DNA of 63,791 nt, the filler included, from Octopus bimaculoides (taxonomy: Eukaryota), in NCBI RefSeq assembly GCF_001194135.2. It is 8 parts of 8 records of this genome, joined end to end, with 100 filler letters (N's around TTAATTAATTAA, not from the genome) between each part and the next. Parts side by side here need not be neighbours in the genome. Positions count along the whole stretch, not along the records: positions 22,064 to 43,660 come from NC_068982.1; 7 more parts are not named here. One strand, given 5' to 3'. The number at the start of each line of letters is the position of its first letter. The first letter of the stretch is position 1. Shown one piece after another: positions 26,500 to 39,038 of this stretch. A program made the translations under genes and the position numbers. A model generated the notes under the pieces. It was not told the origin of the DNA and made no database searches. It was given only the letters and a program-made list of their open reading frames with translations.

Positions 26500-27690
26500 A
26501 GAAAGCAAGTCCTATCTGTAATCTTGTGGGGACCAGAAATGTAACAAATATTTAGCCACATGTGGACATGATCCGAAAAGTCCAGTTCTTGAATTTAGAC
26601 ATGTGGCGGGGTCTAAGCTGCTTTTCCGATGAGCCATCTTTCCATATCACCATTGGTGTAGGGTTTACTCTTGGCTAAGATCTTCCAATGGATGTTGTAA
26701 CTGACACCTTTATCTTTTAAGGACCATATATGACTGGATAATTTGGTCGTTTTCCTTTTATCCCAGGGCCTGAAACTCAAGGTGTGATTATTGAACCTGG
26801 CCTTGAAATTACCCTCTGTAAGGCCTACATATTTCTTCACTGAAACTGTGTCCTTAGAGGATATAGAGTCCATGGTGGCTTCATAAATGATGGTCTCGGA
26901 CATGCAAGCTCCATTTAGCTAGCACAAATTTTTATCCCTGCATGAACAGCTGGTTTCATATTGTGGTATTTTTTATTTTGTGTGCAATTATATTTTTAAA
27001 ATTAGTAATTGAGCTGAAACTGATTTTTAAGTTATGTCTCTTGAAGAGCTTTCTGTAATTATGGTTGACTGGAAAATGTCTATCTATCAGTGCTAAGAAA
27101 TACTTGCCTATATTAAAGGTTACTTCGGGTGAGTAGGAGGGTGTGAACCAAATAGGATTCCTATTCCTATGTTTCCTTTTCTTTACTATTGGACTGGTGG
27201 CAGGTGTATAGGTTATTTCCTTGCTAAATCCACTATCTTTTAGAGCCTTATTATATACTGGGGCAATGCTATTAAAAATGTCTCTATCGGAGGAGAGGCT
27301 AGAAATTTTTTTGTTAATGTTTTTAACTAAATTTTTAAACACTATAGTGGGATGGCAGGAACCCACATTAATATAACTAAATCTATCGTTGGGCTTCCTA
27401 TAAGGTTTATAAATATTCTTATTTAGATCTAAGGATACATCTAGGAAACTGACAACCATCAGGTTTGTGTCTGTAGTTATGCTAAGACCAAAAGTTTTCA
27501 TCAAATGGATAATGTCCTTCCTAAACCGATCCTGTGCTGGTCCATTGGTATTTGCAGTTAAAGCTAGGGCATAATGTTTGTAAATGGCGAAGTATACATC
27601 AGGAAAAGTCTTGCCCAACATATCGAGTAAGAATAGTCCAATAAGATCGCATATGATAGTGTTGGCTCGACTGATAGGAAAGGAAATCCT
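26500..27690 (-). mobile_element. Penelope-like element (Naiad/Neptune-type): RT thumb, Cys linker, GIY-YIG endonuclease
   Basis: ICDLIGLFLL, SFLDVSLDL, YINVGSCHP, IWFTPSYS; linker CSCRDKNLC*LNGAC (26904-26948); IIY...YVG GIY-YIG halves; LSSHIW; C-terminal LNSRTGLFGSCPH. Confidence 0.88.
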
Positions 27691-30460
27691 GGCCTCAAGG
27701 GTCTACTAGAGAGCTATAATCTAGTAGACCGTTACAGACTGGATGAGCCATTCATTCCACAGAGGATGTGGTAATAACGACGGCTCTCACAGATCTTACA
27801 TAGATAGGGTATTTGTAAGAGATAGAGATAAGGATACTTTTAGTTGTCCATAATTTGATATAGTACATTACACAGATCACAAATTTGTGACGTGTGAGGT
27901 ACACTTAGATAAATGTCATAGGCAGGGACCTGGGTACTGGAAGATGACTATTTTGACTTGTAAAGCCTTCTGTGTCCAGATTAAGGAGTTAGTACAGAGG
28001 GCACTATGTAGCGCCATCATTAATAATAGATGGTGGCATGCCCTCAAGAGAGCCATTCATTTAGAGTCTATTAGATTTAGCAATCAGATCTAGGATAGAG
28101 GGTAACTTAGTTACGAACTTAGATGAGGCCTTGAAATCTGGCTCTGCATCTAGAGTGCTGTCAGAGAGAACGATCTTGTATCGTCATCTCAATGCCAAGC
28201 ACGAAGGCTGCAGAGTTAGAGCTAAGCTACATGCAGTCGGATGAGAAGTTATAAACGTTACTGGATGGGCATGTCATGTGGAGAGTCAGAGGGGTAAAAA
28301 AGCCTCTATAAAGTCTTTAACAGACAAACAGGGGCACAGGATGAGATGCAAAAGGCCTTTCATCAGCATTTTGCACGGTTGTTGAGGCAGGATGGTACGC
28401 TAGAGCATGGGGAGTCCCTAAAGGGCTTCCTTGCCAGTGGACCACAACTCTTGGCATGGGAGGTGAGGAGCTGTGAAGGGCTGATTACAGCTGTAGAGGT
28501 CAAAGCAGTGTTGGGCGAGAGCACCGGGGGAAAAGTTGCCAGGGTTGGATGGTCTACCCTATGAGTTTTATTGTAGCATGCCGGACTTGTTCGAGGACCT
28601 GCTGGCCAGTGTCTACTCAAACTGGCAACAGAATGGGAGAATTCCCAGCTCTGTGAGCTGGAAAATGGTGACGCTGATCCAGAAGGACCTGAGCAAGGGG
28701 GATATTATAAGTAATTACAGGCCCATAACAATGTAGAGTTAAAGATTTGAGCCAAGGTGTCAGCAAAAAGGTTGACATGTGTCGTGGAGAAACTTGTAGG
28801 GAAGGTGCAGACATGCACCATCCCAGGCAGGTTGATCCAAGACAATCTTCACCTTACCTGCTACACCTTAGACAGGTCGGGTAAATTAACCGGCAAATGT
28901 GGGGCACTGCTCCATTTAGACCAAAGTAAAGCATTTGACAGGGTAGACCATCAGTATTTGGCAGTGATCCTCAAAGCAGCTCGGCTGGGCCCTGAATTCC
29001 ATAGTTGTATCTCTGCCATGTATAGCGGCATCAAATCCATAGTCCAGATAAATGGCTACCTGTTGGAGCCGTTTTTGTTTAAGCATTCAGTTCATCAAGG
29101 ATGTCTCCTGTCTCTGCTTCTGTACGTGTTGGCTCTTGAGCTATTACTGTGGAAGTTGGAGAATTTGGAGGGGTGCCCCCAATGAAAAAGTTAACAAGGA
29201 CAAGTCTATCGGCTTGTGCCTCAGCACCTGGAGGAGCAAGTCGATATCGTCCAGTGTCGTGGGTCACTGGACAGATGGTCCTGTTAAGTTGCTTGGAGTT
29301 TGGTTTGGCCTGGACTCCCAGACGGAGAAGAATTGGAGCAAGGTGGCAGACAGGGTGGAGGCCCTAGTCTGGATCTGGTCCAGAAGGTTTCTGTCCCTGA
29401 AAGGAAGGGCGGAGGTGGTACAGATGTTTATTGCATCTGTAATCACCTACCGCCTTACCATTGTCCCTTGCCCCGACTCGTGGCTGAACAAGTTGGAGTG
29501 ACTCCTCTTCCATGTATTGTGGAAGGGAGGAAAGCCACTTGTGCGGTGCTCAGCTTGCTGCCAAGAAGCACTAGATGGTAGGTTAGGGATGCCCTGGTTG
29601 ATGATGCACATGCGTTGAGGCTGAGGCATCTCTGGCGCTACCTGGAGGGTGATAAAGTGTGGAATCTGCTGGCAGAAGAATTCTTTCCGTGACTAGCCTC
29701 TTTGGAGTGATTTAAACCAGGTTTCATTAAAAAACGTAATCTGACAGAATGGTAAAAGGAGTGTCAACAGGCGCTCATACTGATCCACAAGTCGGGCAAG
29801 GCCAGCAGTCGGAGAGGGCTGGTAGAGTATAAAAATGATGACTCCCTAGGAGGGGCTCTGGGGTTCAATGAGAACCAACTTACTAACCTGTTCAAAAAAA
29901 ACTTTCATGTCAGGGTATATGGATAATAACCAAAAATTCCTGACCTGGCAGTGTTACAGTAACGCTTTACCTGTTCGAGATAAGTTATCCAGGCACGGAA
30001 TGTCGGTACCAACGACATGTCCAAGATGTGGGCTGGACGAGGAAACCGTCCAGCACACATTTGTACATTGTCAGGAGCTGTCAGGCTTGATAATTTACGT
30101 CGAACATGTGTTGTTGCATCTGGGAGTCTATAATAAAGATTGTACCGCCAACTGGACTCTCAAAGGAAGGTGAAGCATGTTTTTTCTGTACAGTTGTGGT
30201 GCTGAAAGAATGTGTGTGGGTGACTGGGATGCAAGGATTCATGACAGGGTCCTTCATTTCTGCCCCTAGTTTGCTACAATACTTCAGATATCATCTGAAG
30301 AGCAAGATAGGACTGGAGAGACGGACCCTGTCAAGAAGTGTGTTTGAGGAAAGATGGAAAGCTGTGTTAAAAAAAGTGGGTGCAAGGACCCAGCTTAATT
30401 GGCTGCAGAAAAAAGGAGGAAATAAAAGGAAGGAGATAGCCGCTGCGCCTTTGAGGCAAT
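27690..30460 (+). mobile_element. L1/Tx1-clade LINE ORF2 pseudogene
   Basis: APE end (SYIDRV, TDHKFV, YWKM), PGLDGLPYEFY, NYRPIT, LDQSKAFDRVDH, VHQGCLLS and C-terminal CPRCGLDEETVQHTFVHC (CX2CX8HX4C). The YADD region is deleted; many frameshifts. Confidence 0.9.
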
Positions 30461-30636
30461 AAAGCGTATCCCTTACTCATATAGAAAAAGACCATTAATT
30501 TCATCATCAATATTTTAAAATAATAGGTATCATTCAAACACATCACAACACTTTTTGTATGTATTGTCCTGTGCTGTCCATCTATGTATTGATCTTTATG
30601 GTTGTAATAAAAAATTCAGCTAGCAAGCCATGCTAC

Positions 30637-30679
30637 TCCAGACTGATGACGAGCAATGACTCAGAAACTAATCTCTGGA
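30637..30679 (+). ncRNA. Minimal type-I hammerhead ribozyme-like motif (degenerate)
   Basis: TCCAGA-CTGATGA-C-GAG-CAATGA-CTC-A-GAAAC-TA-ATC-TCTGGA: stem I TCCAGA/TCTGGA, core CUGAUGA and GAAA, stem II GAG/CTC, NUH site AUC. Confidence 0.6.
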
Positions 30680-30891
30680 TGCTGGCTTAACTGGGTGGAG
30701 ATGCTTATCTTCCCCTTTGTAAACATAAAGACACTGGAAATATGTCAAGGCCAACAGGAAGCAGTGGTGCTTTCTAGGGCTAAATAACAGTGGTATTATT
30801 CCCTTTCGTAGGACTGTCACATTAAGTTGACGGCATATCACCACTTTATCGTGTTGCTGCTGTATAAATCTCTCTGAGAGATTTAGAAATG

Positions 30892-30921
<30 letters not shown>

Positions 30922-30925
<4 letters not shown>

Positions 30926-31364
30926 TCATCATCATCATCATCATCGTTTAACGTCCGCTTTCCATGCTAGCATGGGTTGGACGATTTGACTGAGGACTGG
31001 TGAAACCGGATGGCAACACCAGGCTCCAATCTAATTTGGCAGAGTTTCTACAGCTGGATGCCCTTCCTAACGCCAACCACTCAGAGAGTGTAGTGGGTGC
31101 TTTTACGTGTCACCCGCACGAAAACGGCCACGCTCGAAATGGTGTCTTTTATGTGCCACCCGCACAAGCCAGTCCAGGGGCACTGGCAACGATCTGACTC
31201 GAAAATCCTACGGGAGCCAGTCAGGCGGTACTGGCAACGGCCACGCTCAAAATGGTGCATCTCATGTGCCACCCGCACAAGAGCCAGTCCAGGGGCACTG
31301 GCAACGATCTTACTTGGCTTGCCGGGTCTTCTCACGCACAGCACATTTCCAAAGGTCTCGGTCA
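30922..31364 (-). mobile_element. RTE 3'-end copy with internal repeats
   Basis: Same tail family; GCCACCCGCACAAG...GGGGCACTGGCAACGATCT occurs twice. Confidence 0.88.
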
Positions 31365-31384
31365 TATATATACATACATACATA

Positions 31385-32502
31385 TGTAAGAACGACCGTG
31401 CGAACTCAAAAAGGAGAAATGGTGACGAATGGAAAAACAGAGGACTCCTTTTATTTATACGTGTCACATGGTCGAACACAAAAATAATATATCAATGATG
31501 ATATACAAATATGTTATACTGCGATAACATAAATAGCCAGTAATTAGACGATAGAAAAGACAACCGTATAAGATGATTAACAGAGATATTTATTGTGGCA
31601 TAAAAGTGTATGTCTGTGTGAGAGTGTGAATGCGACATATAAGAACATAATCAAAGGCAGGCCGCCGTACAAAGAAAAGTATGTATGTGAGTGATACATG
31701 TATGTGTATGTGAGTTATTACAGCAGATAGAAAGAGTCAGTAACACGTGAGCATTTATACCAGTTCTTGAGTACACATTAATATGAGTCTTTATGTGAAN
31801 NNNNNNNNNNNNNNNNNNNNNNNNNNNNNNNNNNNNNNNNNNNNNNNNNNNNNNNNNNNNNNNNNNNNNNNNNNNNNNNNNNNNNNNNNNNNNNNNNNNN
31901 NNNNNNNNNNNNNNNNNNNNNNNNNNNNNNNNNNNNNNNNNNNNNNNNNNNNNNNNNNNNNNGACTATGGTTGGAGATGTCGGTGGCGAAAAGGCTGCTT
32001 GGTAGTAATCGTAGAATCGTGTTGCTCATGACGATGATGCTGGTTAGTAGTCGTAGAATCGTGTTGGTCATGACGATGATGCTGGTTAGTAGTCGTAGAC
32101 TCATGTTGCTGATGTGGCGGCGTAGTTGGTGGTCATCGTTGGACGAAGCTGTTGATGTGTCGCTGGCTGCCGCTGCTGCTGCTGTCGTGTGGTACATGGA
32201 ACAGATCTCAAAAAGAAACTGAACCGAGACCCATTTGTTGGGTATGAGTTGCTCTATTTGAAGCATTCAGGGGGCTCCAAGACCGTTGTAGAAAAACACT
32301 ATCACATGACCTTATTAAGGGCTGTGATTGGTCAGTTTGCGTTCTGGCGGGAACGGTTCGAAGAAGTTGCCGCTTCGAATATTAATCAGTCACGTGATGA
32401 CAAGGAGATGGGTTCTCCGCTACGCCCGCGCTTGTTTATATTTAAATGAGAAGAATGGCGATAGCAGTTTTGTATCTAATGGCGATAGGTAGTTTCACTA
32501 CA
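31385..32502 (-). mobile_element. Solo LTR with 4-bp TSD CATA
   Basis: TGT...ACA termini; CATA at 31381-31384 and 32503-32506; minus-strand AATAAA near 31590; both ends match the 34047 copy. Confidence 0.82.
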
Positions 32503-34046
32503 CATATATCATATATAATATAATCTCAAGTCATATCTCTGTACTGAACACTTAAGGGGAGGTAATATGAGACTTACCAAAAGCTCTTAATTTTCATAAA
32601 ATAAAATAACATGTATTTAATTAGGTAGATTAAGCTTACATGCAAAATATACGAAAAATGTAATTTTAACCTTAAAAATAACAAAAAATTCATATGCTAT
32701 TGAAAAGATGTACCAATAATACATTACAGGGATAAATGCATGGTATAATGTAATATAATATAATGTAAGAAAAATAAGGAGAAATTTTGTTGAATGAAAA
32801 TATTATTATCAATACAGATTAAGGTAAGAGATAAATAATAATGAATTAAACCAGGTTAAAAACCAAAAAGTATTTTACATAATATATGTGGAATTAAGAA
32901 CATATATCTGATAAATTAATAATATTCTGAATTAAGAACTTATTACAGGTAAATAATTACATTAATTGATATTGAAAAAGAAATAGAGAATGGAAACCCA
33001 TAAATCCACACACACACACACACACACACAAACACCTGGTAAAATATTAGATAAATTGGGTTGATCATAGAATTTAGATTAGATGCAATATAGTTTATGG
33101 GAATGGGATAAATAAGTTAATAAAGAAGTTATACATGAATATTAATGCTAGGGGAAGATATATATGAATATCAATGTAAAGGCAAAATATATATCCATAC
33201 ATAAAGTAGGGGTTAAAATTATGTTGATTTTAGAGAGAAGCTTAATGTCGTAAAGGGGAAAAAGGTTAAATATGTAGTCCAATAGGTTAGACATGGATGC
33301 AAATGCAAGTAATGAAATAAGTAAATAATTAAATAATATTATATCAGTATAGTTTGAGAATACAGATTTGGTCCTATGAATACAAGAGATGTCATGTTCA
33401 TCCCGAAGGTTAAGAATAGGGTATCTCACCAAGAGAATAAAGAATTTTAGGGAGAGTTGATGATGTTTTATTAGTAGTAGTGTTGATGGTAGCAGTGGGA
33501 GTAATAATAAGAGAGAGAGAGAGAAAGAGTGGGTATGTGAGAGAAAGAGGGACTGAACTAACATGCTGAACTAATATACTGAATGAACACACACATTTAG
33601 CCTTTCTGCGATGGTAATGGGGTGATAATAATAGTATGAGCTGTAGTTGTGACAGAGGTGGAGGCGGCGGTGATGATGGTGGTGGTAGCCAAGGCAGTCA
33701 GGGATGACGGTGAGAGTAAGCGATGTGAAAGACAGTGGTGATAATGGTGGAGGGGAAGGCAACAAAGTCAAAGGTAGTGATGGTGGTGGCATCAGAAGTC
33801 TGAATGGTGTGTGTATGGCAAATGTAGTGGCAATGGTGGTCGTACTGTTATTTATCATGCAGCTTTGCAATAAGTTCCAAGTCGACAAATTATATCATTG
33901 TTTTGATGAAAATTGTTCATTGCTTCAAAATTTAATATGTACTCAATGCATGAAGTGTCATTGTTGGACCCAAGGCTTAATGAAGATCCCTCCACAGGAG
34001 CTAGGTTAAAAGCTGCCTGATAGGGTGGATTTTAAGCTAGTATATA

Positions 34047-35332
34047 TGTAAGGACGACCGTGCAAACTCAAAAAGGAGATATGGTGACGAATGGAAAAAC
34101 AGAGGACTCCTTTTATTTAAACGCGTTGCACGGTCGAACACAAAAATATATATCAATGATGATATNNNNNNNNNNNNNNNNNNNNNNNNNNNNNNNNNNN
34201 NNNNNNNNNNNNNNNNNNNNNNNNNNNNNNNNNNNNNNNNNNNNNNNNNNNNNNNNNNNNNNNNNNNNNNNNNNNNNNNNNNNNNNNNNNNNNNNNNNNN
34301 NNNNNNNNNNNNNNNNNNNNNNNNNNNNNNNNNNNNNNNNNNNNNNNNNNNNNNNNNNNNNNNNNNNNNNNNNNNNNNNNNNNNNNNNNNNNNNNNNNNN
34401 NNNNNNNNNNNNNNNNNNNNNNNNNNNNNNNNNNNNNNNNNNNNNNNNNNNNNNNNNNNNNNNNNNNNNNNNNNNNNNNNNNNNNNNNNNNNNNNNNNNN
34501 NNNNNNNNNNNNNNNNNNNNNNNNNNNNNNNNNNNNNNNNNNNNNNNNNNNNNNNNNNNNNNNNNNNNNNNNNNNNNNNNNNNNNNNNNNNNNNNNNNNN
34601 NNNNNNNNNNNNNNNNNNNNNNNNNNNNNNNNNNNNNNNNNNNNNNNNNNNNNNNNNNNNNNNNNNNNNNNNNNNNNNNNNNNNNNNNNNNNNNNNNNNN
34701 NNNNNNNNNNNNNNNNNNNNNNNNNNNNNNNNNNNNNNNNNNNNNNNNNNNNNNNNNNNNNNNNNNNNNNNNNNNNNNNNNNNNNNNNNNNNNNNNNNNN
34801 NNNNNNNNNNNNNNNNNNNNNNNNNNNNNNNNNNNNNNNNNNNNNNNNNNNNNNNNNNNNNNNNNNNNNNNNNNNNNNNNNNNNNNNNNNNNNNNNNNNN
34901 NNNNNNNNNNNNNNNNNNNNNNNNNNNNNNNNNNNNNNNNNNNNNNNNNNNNNNNNNNNNNNNNNNNNNNNNNNNNNNNNNNNNNNNNNNNNNNNNNNNN
35001 NNNNNNNNNNNNNNNNNNNNNNNNNNNNNNNNNNNNNNNNNNNNNNNNNNNNNNNNNNNNNNNNNNNNNNNNNNNNNNNNNNNNNNNNNNNNNNNNNNNN
35101 NNNNNNNNNNNNNNNNNNNNNNNNNNNNNNNNNNNNNNNNNNTTATTAGGGGCCGTGATTGGTCAGTTTGCGTTCTGGCGGGAACGGTTCGAAGAAGTTG
35201 CCGATTCGAATAATGATCAGTCACGTGATGACAAGGAATGGGTTCTCTGCTACGCCCGCGTTTATTTATATTTAAATGAGAAGAATGGCGATAGCAGTTT
35301 TGTATCTAGTGACGATAGGTAGTTTCACTACA
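34047..35332 (-). mobile_element. Second solo LTR of the same family, 4-bp TSD TATA
   Basis: TGTAAGGACGACCGTG...GTAGTTTCACTACA; TATA on both sides; middle is a gap. Confidence 0.82.
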
Positions 35333-35340
35333 TATATATT

Positions 35341-35463
35341 CTGTAGAAACTCTGCCAAATCAGATTGGAGCCTGGTGTTGCCATCCGGTTTCACCAGTCC
35401 TCAGTCAAATCGTCCAACCCATGCTAGCATGGAAAGCGGACGTTAAACGATGATGATGATGAT
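35341..35463 (+). mobile_element. RTE 3'-end copy
   Basis: Reverse complement of the 30922 copy with one mismatch over about 110 nt; (ATG)n tail. Confidence 0.88.
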
Positions 35464-35465
35464 AT

Positions 35466-35900
35466 GTATACCACTGCATATCTTTCTCACCTTCTCTCCA
35501 GAGAGTAGAGCTTCAGTTCTTGTAGCCTTTCCCAGTGGCTCATCTGTTTCACCAAGTCAATTTTCTTTGTGTAGTGGCACCAGATTGCTTCAAGTTCCAC
35601 CACCAATTTGATGCTCTATGGCAACCACAGTTGGGAGCAATAACCAACATGACTTAGGACAAATGTCCTCCATAGGAGTAGCAAGGTATCTTTATTTCTG
35701 GTTCTGAATGATCTAACGATCTATCCAGTTACTCACCTGCACAGTGTTGCTATCCTGGCAATATGCACATGGAATGTTGCATCACTACTTATGTAAATTT
35801 CCTGGTAATGCACTGATTTTAACTCTGTGATTGCACTGTCCCCTGATTCTGTGTATTCTGATTGTAGTTTGTTTGTAGGCTGATAGCGGAGTACTTGAAA
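35466..35900 (-). mobile_element. CR1/L2-clade LINE 3' coding fragment
   Basis: IYISSDATFHVHI...LWRTFVLSHVGYCSQLW...ELEAI...WERLQELKLYSLERR. Confidence 0.8.
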
Positions 35901-36011
35901 CTTATTAGATTTTTACTTGTGACATTTCATCTACTGACCAAAACTATGTCACATCAACTCTATGTTCTTCCTTTCTTACTTAACCTGGTATCTATTAGCA
36001 TCGCAACTATT

Positions 36012-36384
36012 AACAAGAACACTCAGAGAGCGCAAACCTCCACCAAGGCAACACCAACGTCCTCTCAACGATTAGCCAAAGATGATTTTTAAAATGAGAA
36101 TATCCAAAATAAACTTGACTACTCTCATAAACGAGAATACTAAAAATGAACCTGACCATTCTCAAAAATTAAGTAAAAAAACAGGAAAAATAATCCAGAA
36201 TCCTTGTCTTGTATTGGATTGATCCCAAAATCTAAACAGTTCATGCCAGTCATGAGGCCAAACATCACTGAAAGTTTCATCTGAATCCATCCAGCAGTTC
36301 TTGAAATATCTTGTCCATGGATAAACAAACAAACAAACATGACTGAAAACAATACCTCCGCCTTCACTAAAGCAGAGATAATAA
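36012..36384 (-). mobile_element. Helentron-type non-autonomous element (HINE / DINE-1-like)
   Basis: Minus strand starts TTATTA with an imperfect hairpin, has an internal (TTTG)n run, a subterminal ACCTCCRCC repeat at both ends, and a stem-loop before CTTGTT. Confidence 0.65.
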
Positions 36385-37796
36385 CTTTCCACAGTCAAGA
36401 CTTTTCCTGACCTCCTGCAACAAATACACTTTTATGTATTTGTTTTTCTCTATATGTTGTATAAGTTTAAACATATCATGATACCTGTTGTCTGCCTATT
36501 CGTCCTTTTTTCTGTTATGAAGTCCATTTTGTATGTGTGTGTCTACCAAATTTCACTTGAACTTATAATAAAAGACATTTGTCCAAGATGCAATGCAGAG
36601 AAACCAAATCCAGAATCATATTGTTACAAAGTGACCTTTTTTCTTTACCATACAGCTATATATTACTGATATATTTTCTAGAATCCACAGCTCAGTGGGG
36701 TAGCTACTATACTTCATCCACTGGGACTAAGGATTCACCCTAGCCATATGAACTTTTTCCCGTATGAAAATGAGAATGAAATACAGCATATTAAGATCTG
36801 TTAAAACTTAACTACTATAACTATACAGTTATATAATAATAAGATTATGTCATCCATTCCATTGTTAAGGTTGTTTAGTTCTTGACAAAGAGTGAAACGT
36901 AGTAGATAACAACTCTTAAGGTAGAAAATGTGACAAGTGTATAATAAAAATTGTAGCTTTCAGAAATACTGTCTTCTAAGACTACACATTCAATACTACC
37001 TATATGCAATATTACCATGTAAAGCATCAAATGTGTGAATTACTTATGTATGTTAATTTTATCTATATTGTGCTTTAACATTTCTTTTAACTTTTCTCTG
37101 TCTCTTTTCTTCATTGTTTCTATCAATTACTTTCTTTCAAATTAGAGAAAAAGAAAGAGGTAAAAAGAATGAATCAGAGACAAAGCTAGAGAGATAAATA
37201 TCTCCTTGGAAGAGATAATAGGAAATAAAAACTAGAGATAGATTTAAAAAAAAAACAATAAAAATACTAACCAGAAAATGCACATAACATTCCACTGAGC
37301 AACAGAAACATTTATTTATTTGATAAGTTCTGAAGTTGAAGAAAGTGAAGAATGGGATGTTACTTGTTTGACACACTTTTTCTAATTTCATTGAAAATAT
37401 CTATATTAGCCAATCAGATTCATCCATTTTCTCAAAGCACTTTCCATAGCATGCAGTAGCAAAGTTATGAAAATGAAAACAACTTATTTTTTCATAAATT
37501 AATTATAAAAAAAACATTACAAAAGCTTTAAAGTTGAAAATATTTCATGAAAGCAAAGAAATTAACATTTACATTGAAATTTTTGTGATGAACTCTAAGC
37601 CCAAATGTTAAACTTAAATCCAGATGGTATCAATTACAAAATGTCCATCCCTCAAAAAACAAATAAAAAATTTTAAAAAGAAGTTTGCAATTTTCATAAT
37701 TCACAGAAAAAACAACATCTGTGGAGAATGTTTCAAACTGTAAACGATTGAAGAGGATATCTCAAACAACATGGGTAGATGCGTCAAATTTGTATT

Positions 37797-37945
37797 CAGG
37801 CATGGCTGTGTGGTAAGAAGTTTGCTTCTAAGTCTCATGGTTTTGGGTTCAGTACCACTGTGTGGTACTTCTATAACCCCTGGCCGACCAAAGCCTTGCA
37901 AGTGGATTTAGTAGACGGAAACTGAAAGTATCCCATTGTATATAT
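37797..37945 (+). mobile_element. SINE family A, head with internal deletion
   Basis: TGGCTGTGTGGTAAGAAG...GGTTCAGTACCAC...GACGGAAACTGAAAG. Confidence 0.8.
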
Positions 37946-37959
37946 CTGATCCTTGAAGA

Positions 37960-39030
37960 GAGGCATGTTGGTGTATGTTGCATCCAAGAGGTAAGGTAGA
38001 GAGGAGCTTCAGCCAGGTTCCTCACAGGCAAGACACATAGGTATAAAATCTTCTGGGAAGGTAACAGTGACAGAGTAGATGGTATGAACATACTTTTTTT
38101 GCTGAGAAATGAGTGGATAAGGTGATAGAGGTAGTCAGAGTGTATGATAGAGTACTTAAGCTCAGGCTAGTCCTGCAAAATAGTATAGCTACAATTATAT
38201 CTGCCTACATCCCACAAGCGGGCCAACCAAATGAACAGAAGCACCACTTTTATGATATTCTTCTGCAGGCTACCTCAAAGACAAGTGACAATAATTTCAT
38301 CTTCATGGCTGGGGATTTCAATGGGCATGTTGGATAGCAGCCTGGTATCTTCCATGGTGTTCATGGGGACCATGGAATTGGTTCCCATAACAAAGAGAGA
38401 ACAAAGTTACTGGAGTTCTTTGATGCAAATAACCTATTGATCTGCAACACCAACTTCAGGAAGCCAGCCAGCCACCTGATAATCTATCAATCAGGTGTCT
38501 CTGACAGAAGAATGCATGGTTGCTCTTAAATACAAAGACCTTCCCTGGTGAAGAATGTGCCCCCCAACATAGACTAGTCATTAATAACTTTAGACTCCAA
38601 GCCAGAAGGATGCCAAGAAGCAGAGCAAGCTGGAAAGGAAGGATTTGGAAGCTTAAGGACCCTTCATATAGTCAGAGATTTAGGGACATCCTAATTGAGA
38701 AATTTGATGAGAGGGAGGGGAGCTACAAACTTGTGACACAGAGGGCAACTGGGAATTTCTGTAAAACAGTTTGCTGAGTGTCACAGACCAAATCTGTAGC
38801 TGGTGCAAAATCCCTTCCAGTAATGTGGTGTCACACAAAGGGCACCTGTACTAATGGCACGTAAAAGCACCCATTACACTCTCGGATTGGTTGGCATTAG
38901 GAAGGGCATCCAGCCATAGAGAACCATGCCAAATCAGACTGGAATCTGGTGCAGCCTTCCAGCATGCCAGCCCAGTCAAACCATCCAAGTCATGGACAAC
39001 GAACGTTAAATGATGATGATGATGATGATG
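37960..39030 (+). mobile_element. Internally deleted RTE LINE: APE endonuclease fragment joined to 3' tail
   Basis: IISAYIPQ...AGDFNGHVG and CAPQHRLV endonuclease motifs, then the RTE 3' UTR and (ATG)n. Confidence 0.85.
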
Positions 39031-39038
39031 TGTGTGTG

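Noticed and set aside
26904-26948. Possible selenocysteine recoding in the Naiad-type linker
   Set aside because: The in-frame stop is TAG at the usual Pro position; all four Cys are TGT/TGC in this copy.
31385-35332. One full-length provirus bounded by two LTRs
   Set aside because: Each LTR has its own TSD, the outer flanks differ (CATA versus TATA), and there is no PBS or gag/pol between them.
35739-35880. Splice-site-bounded open frame with GTGAGT donor
   Set aside because: The translation is CR1/L2 ORF2 sequence that continues past the apparent donor.
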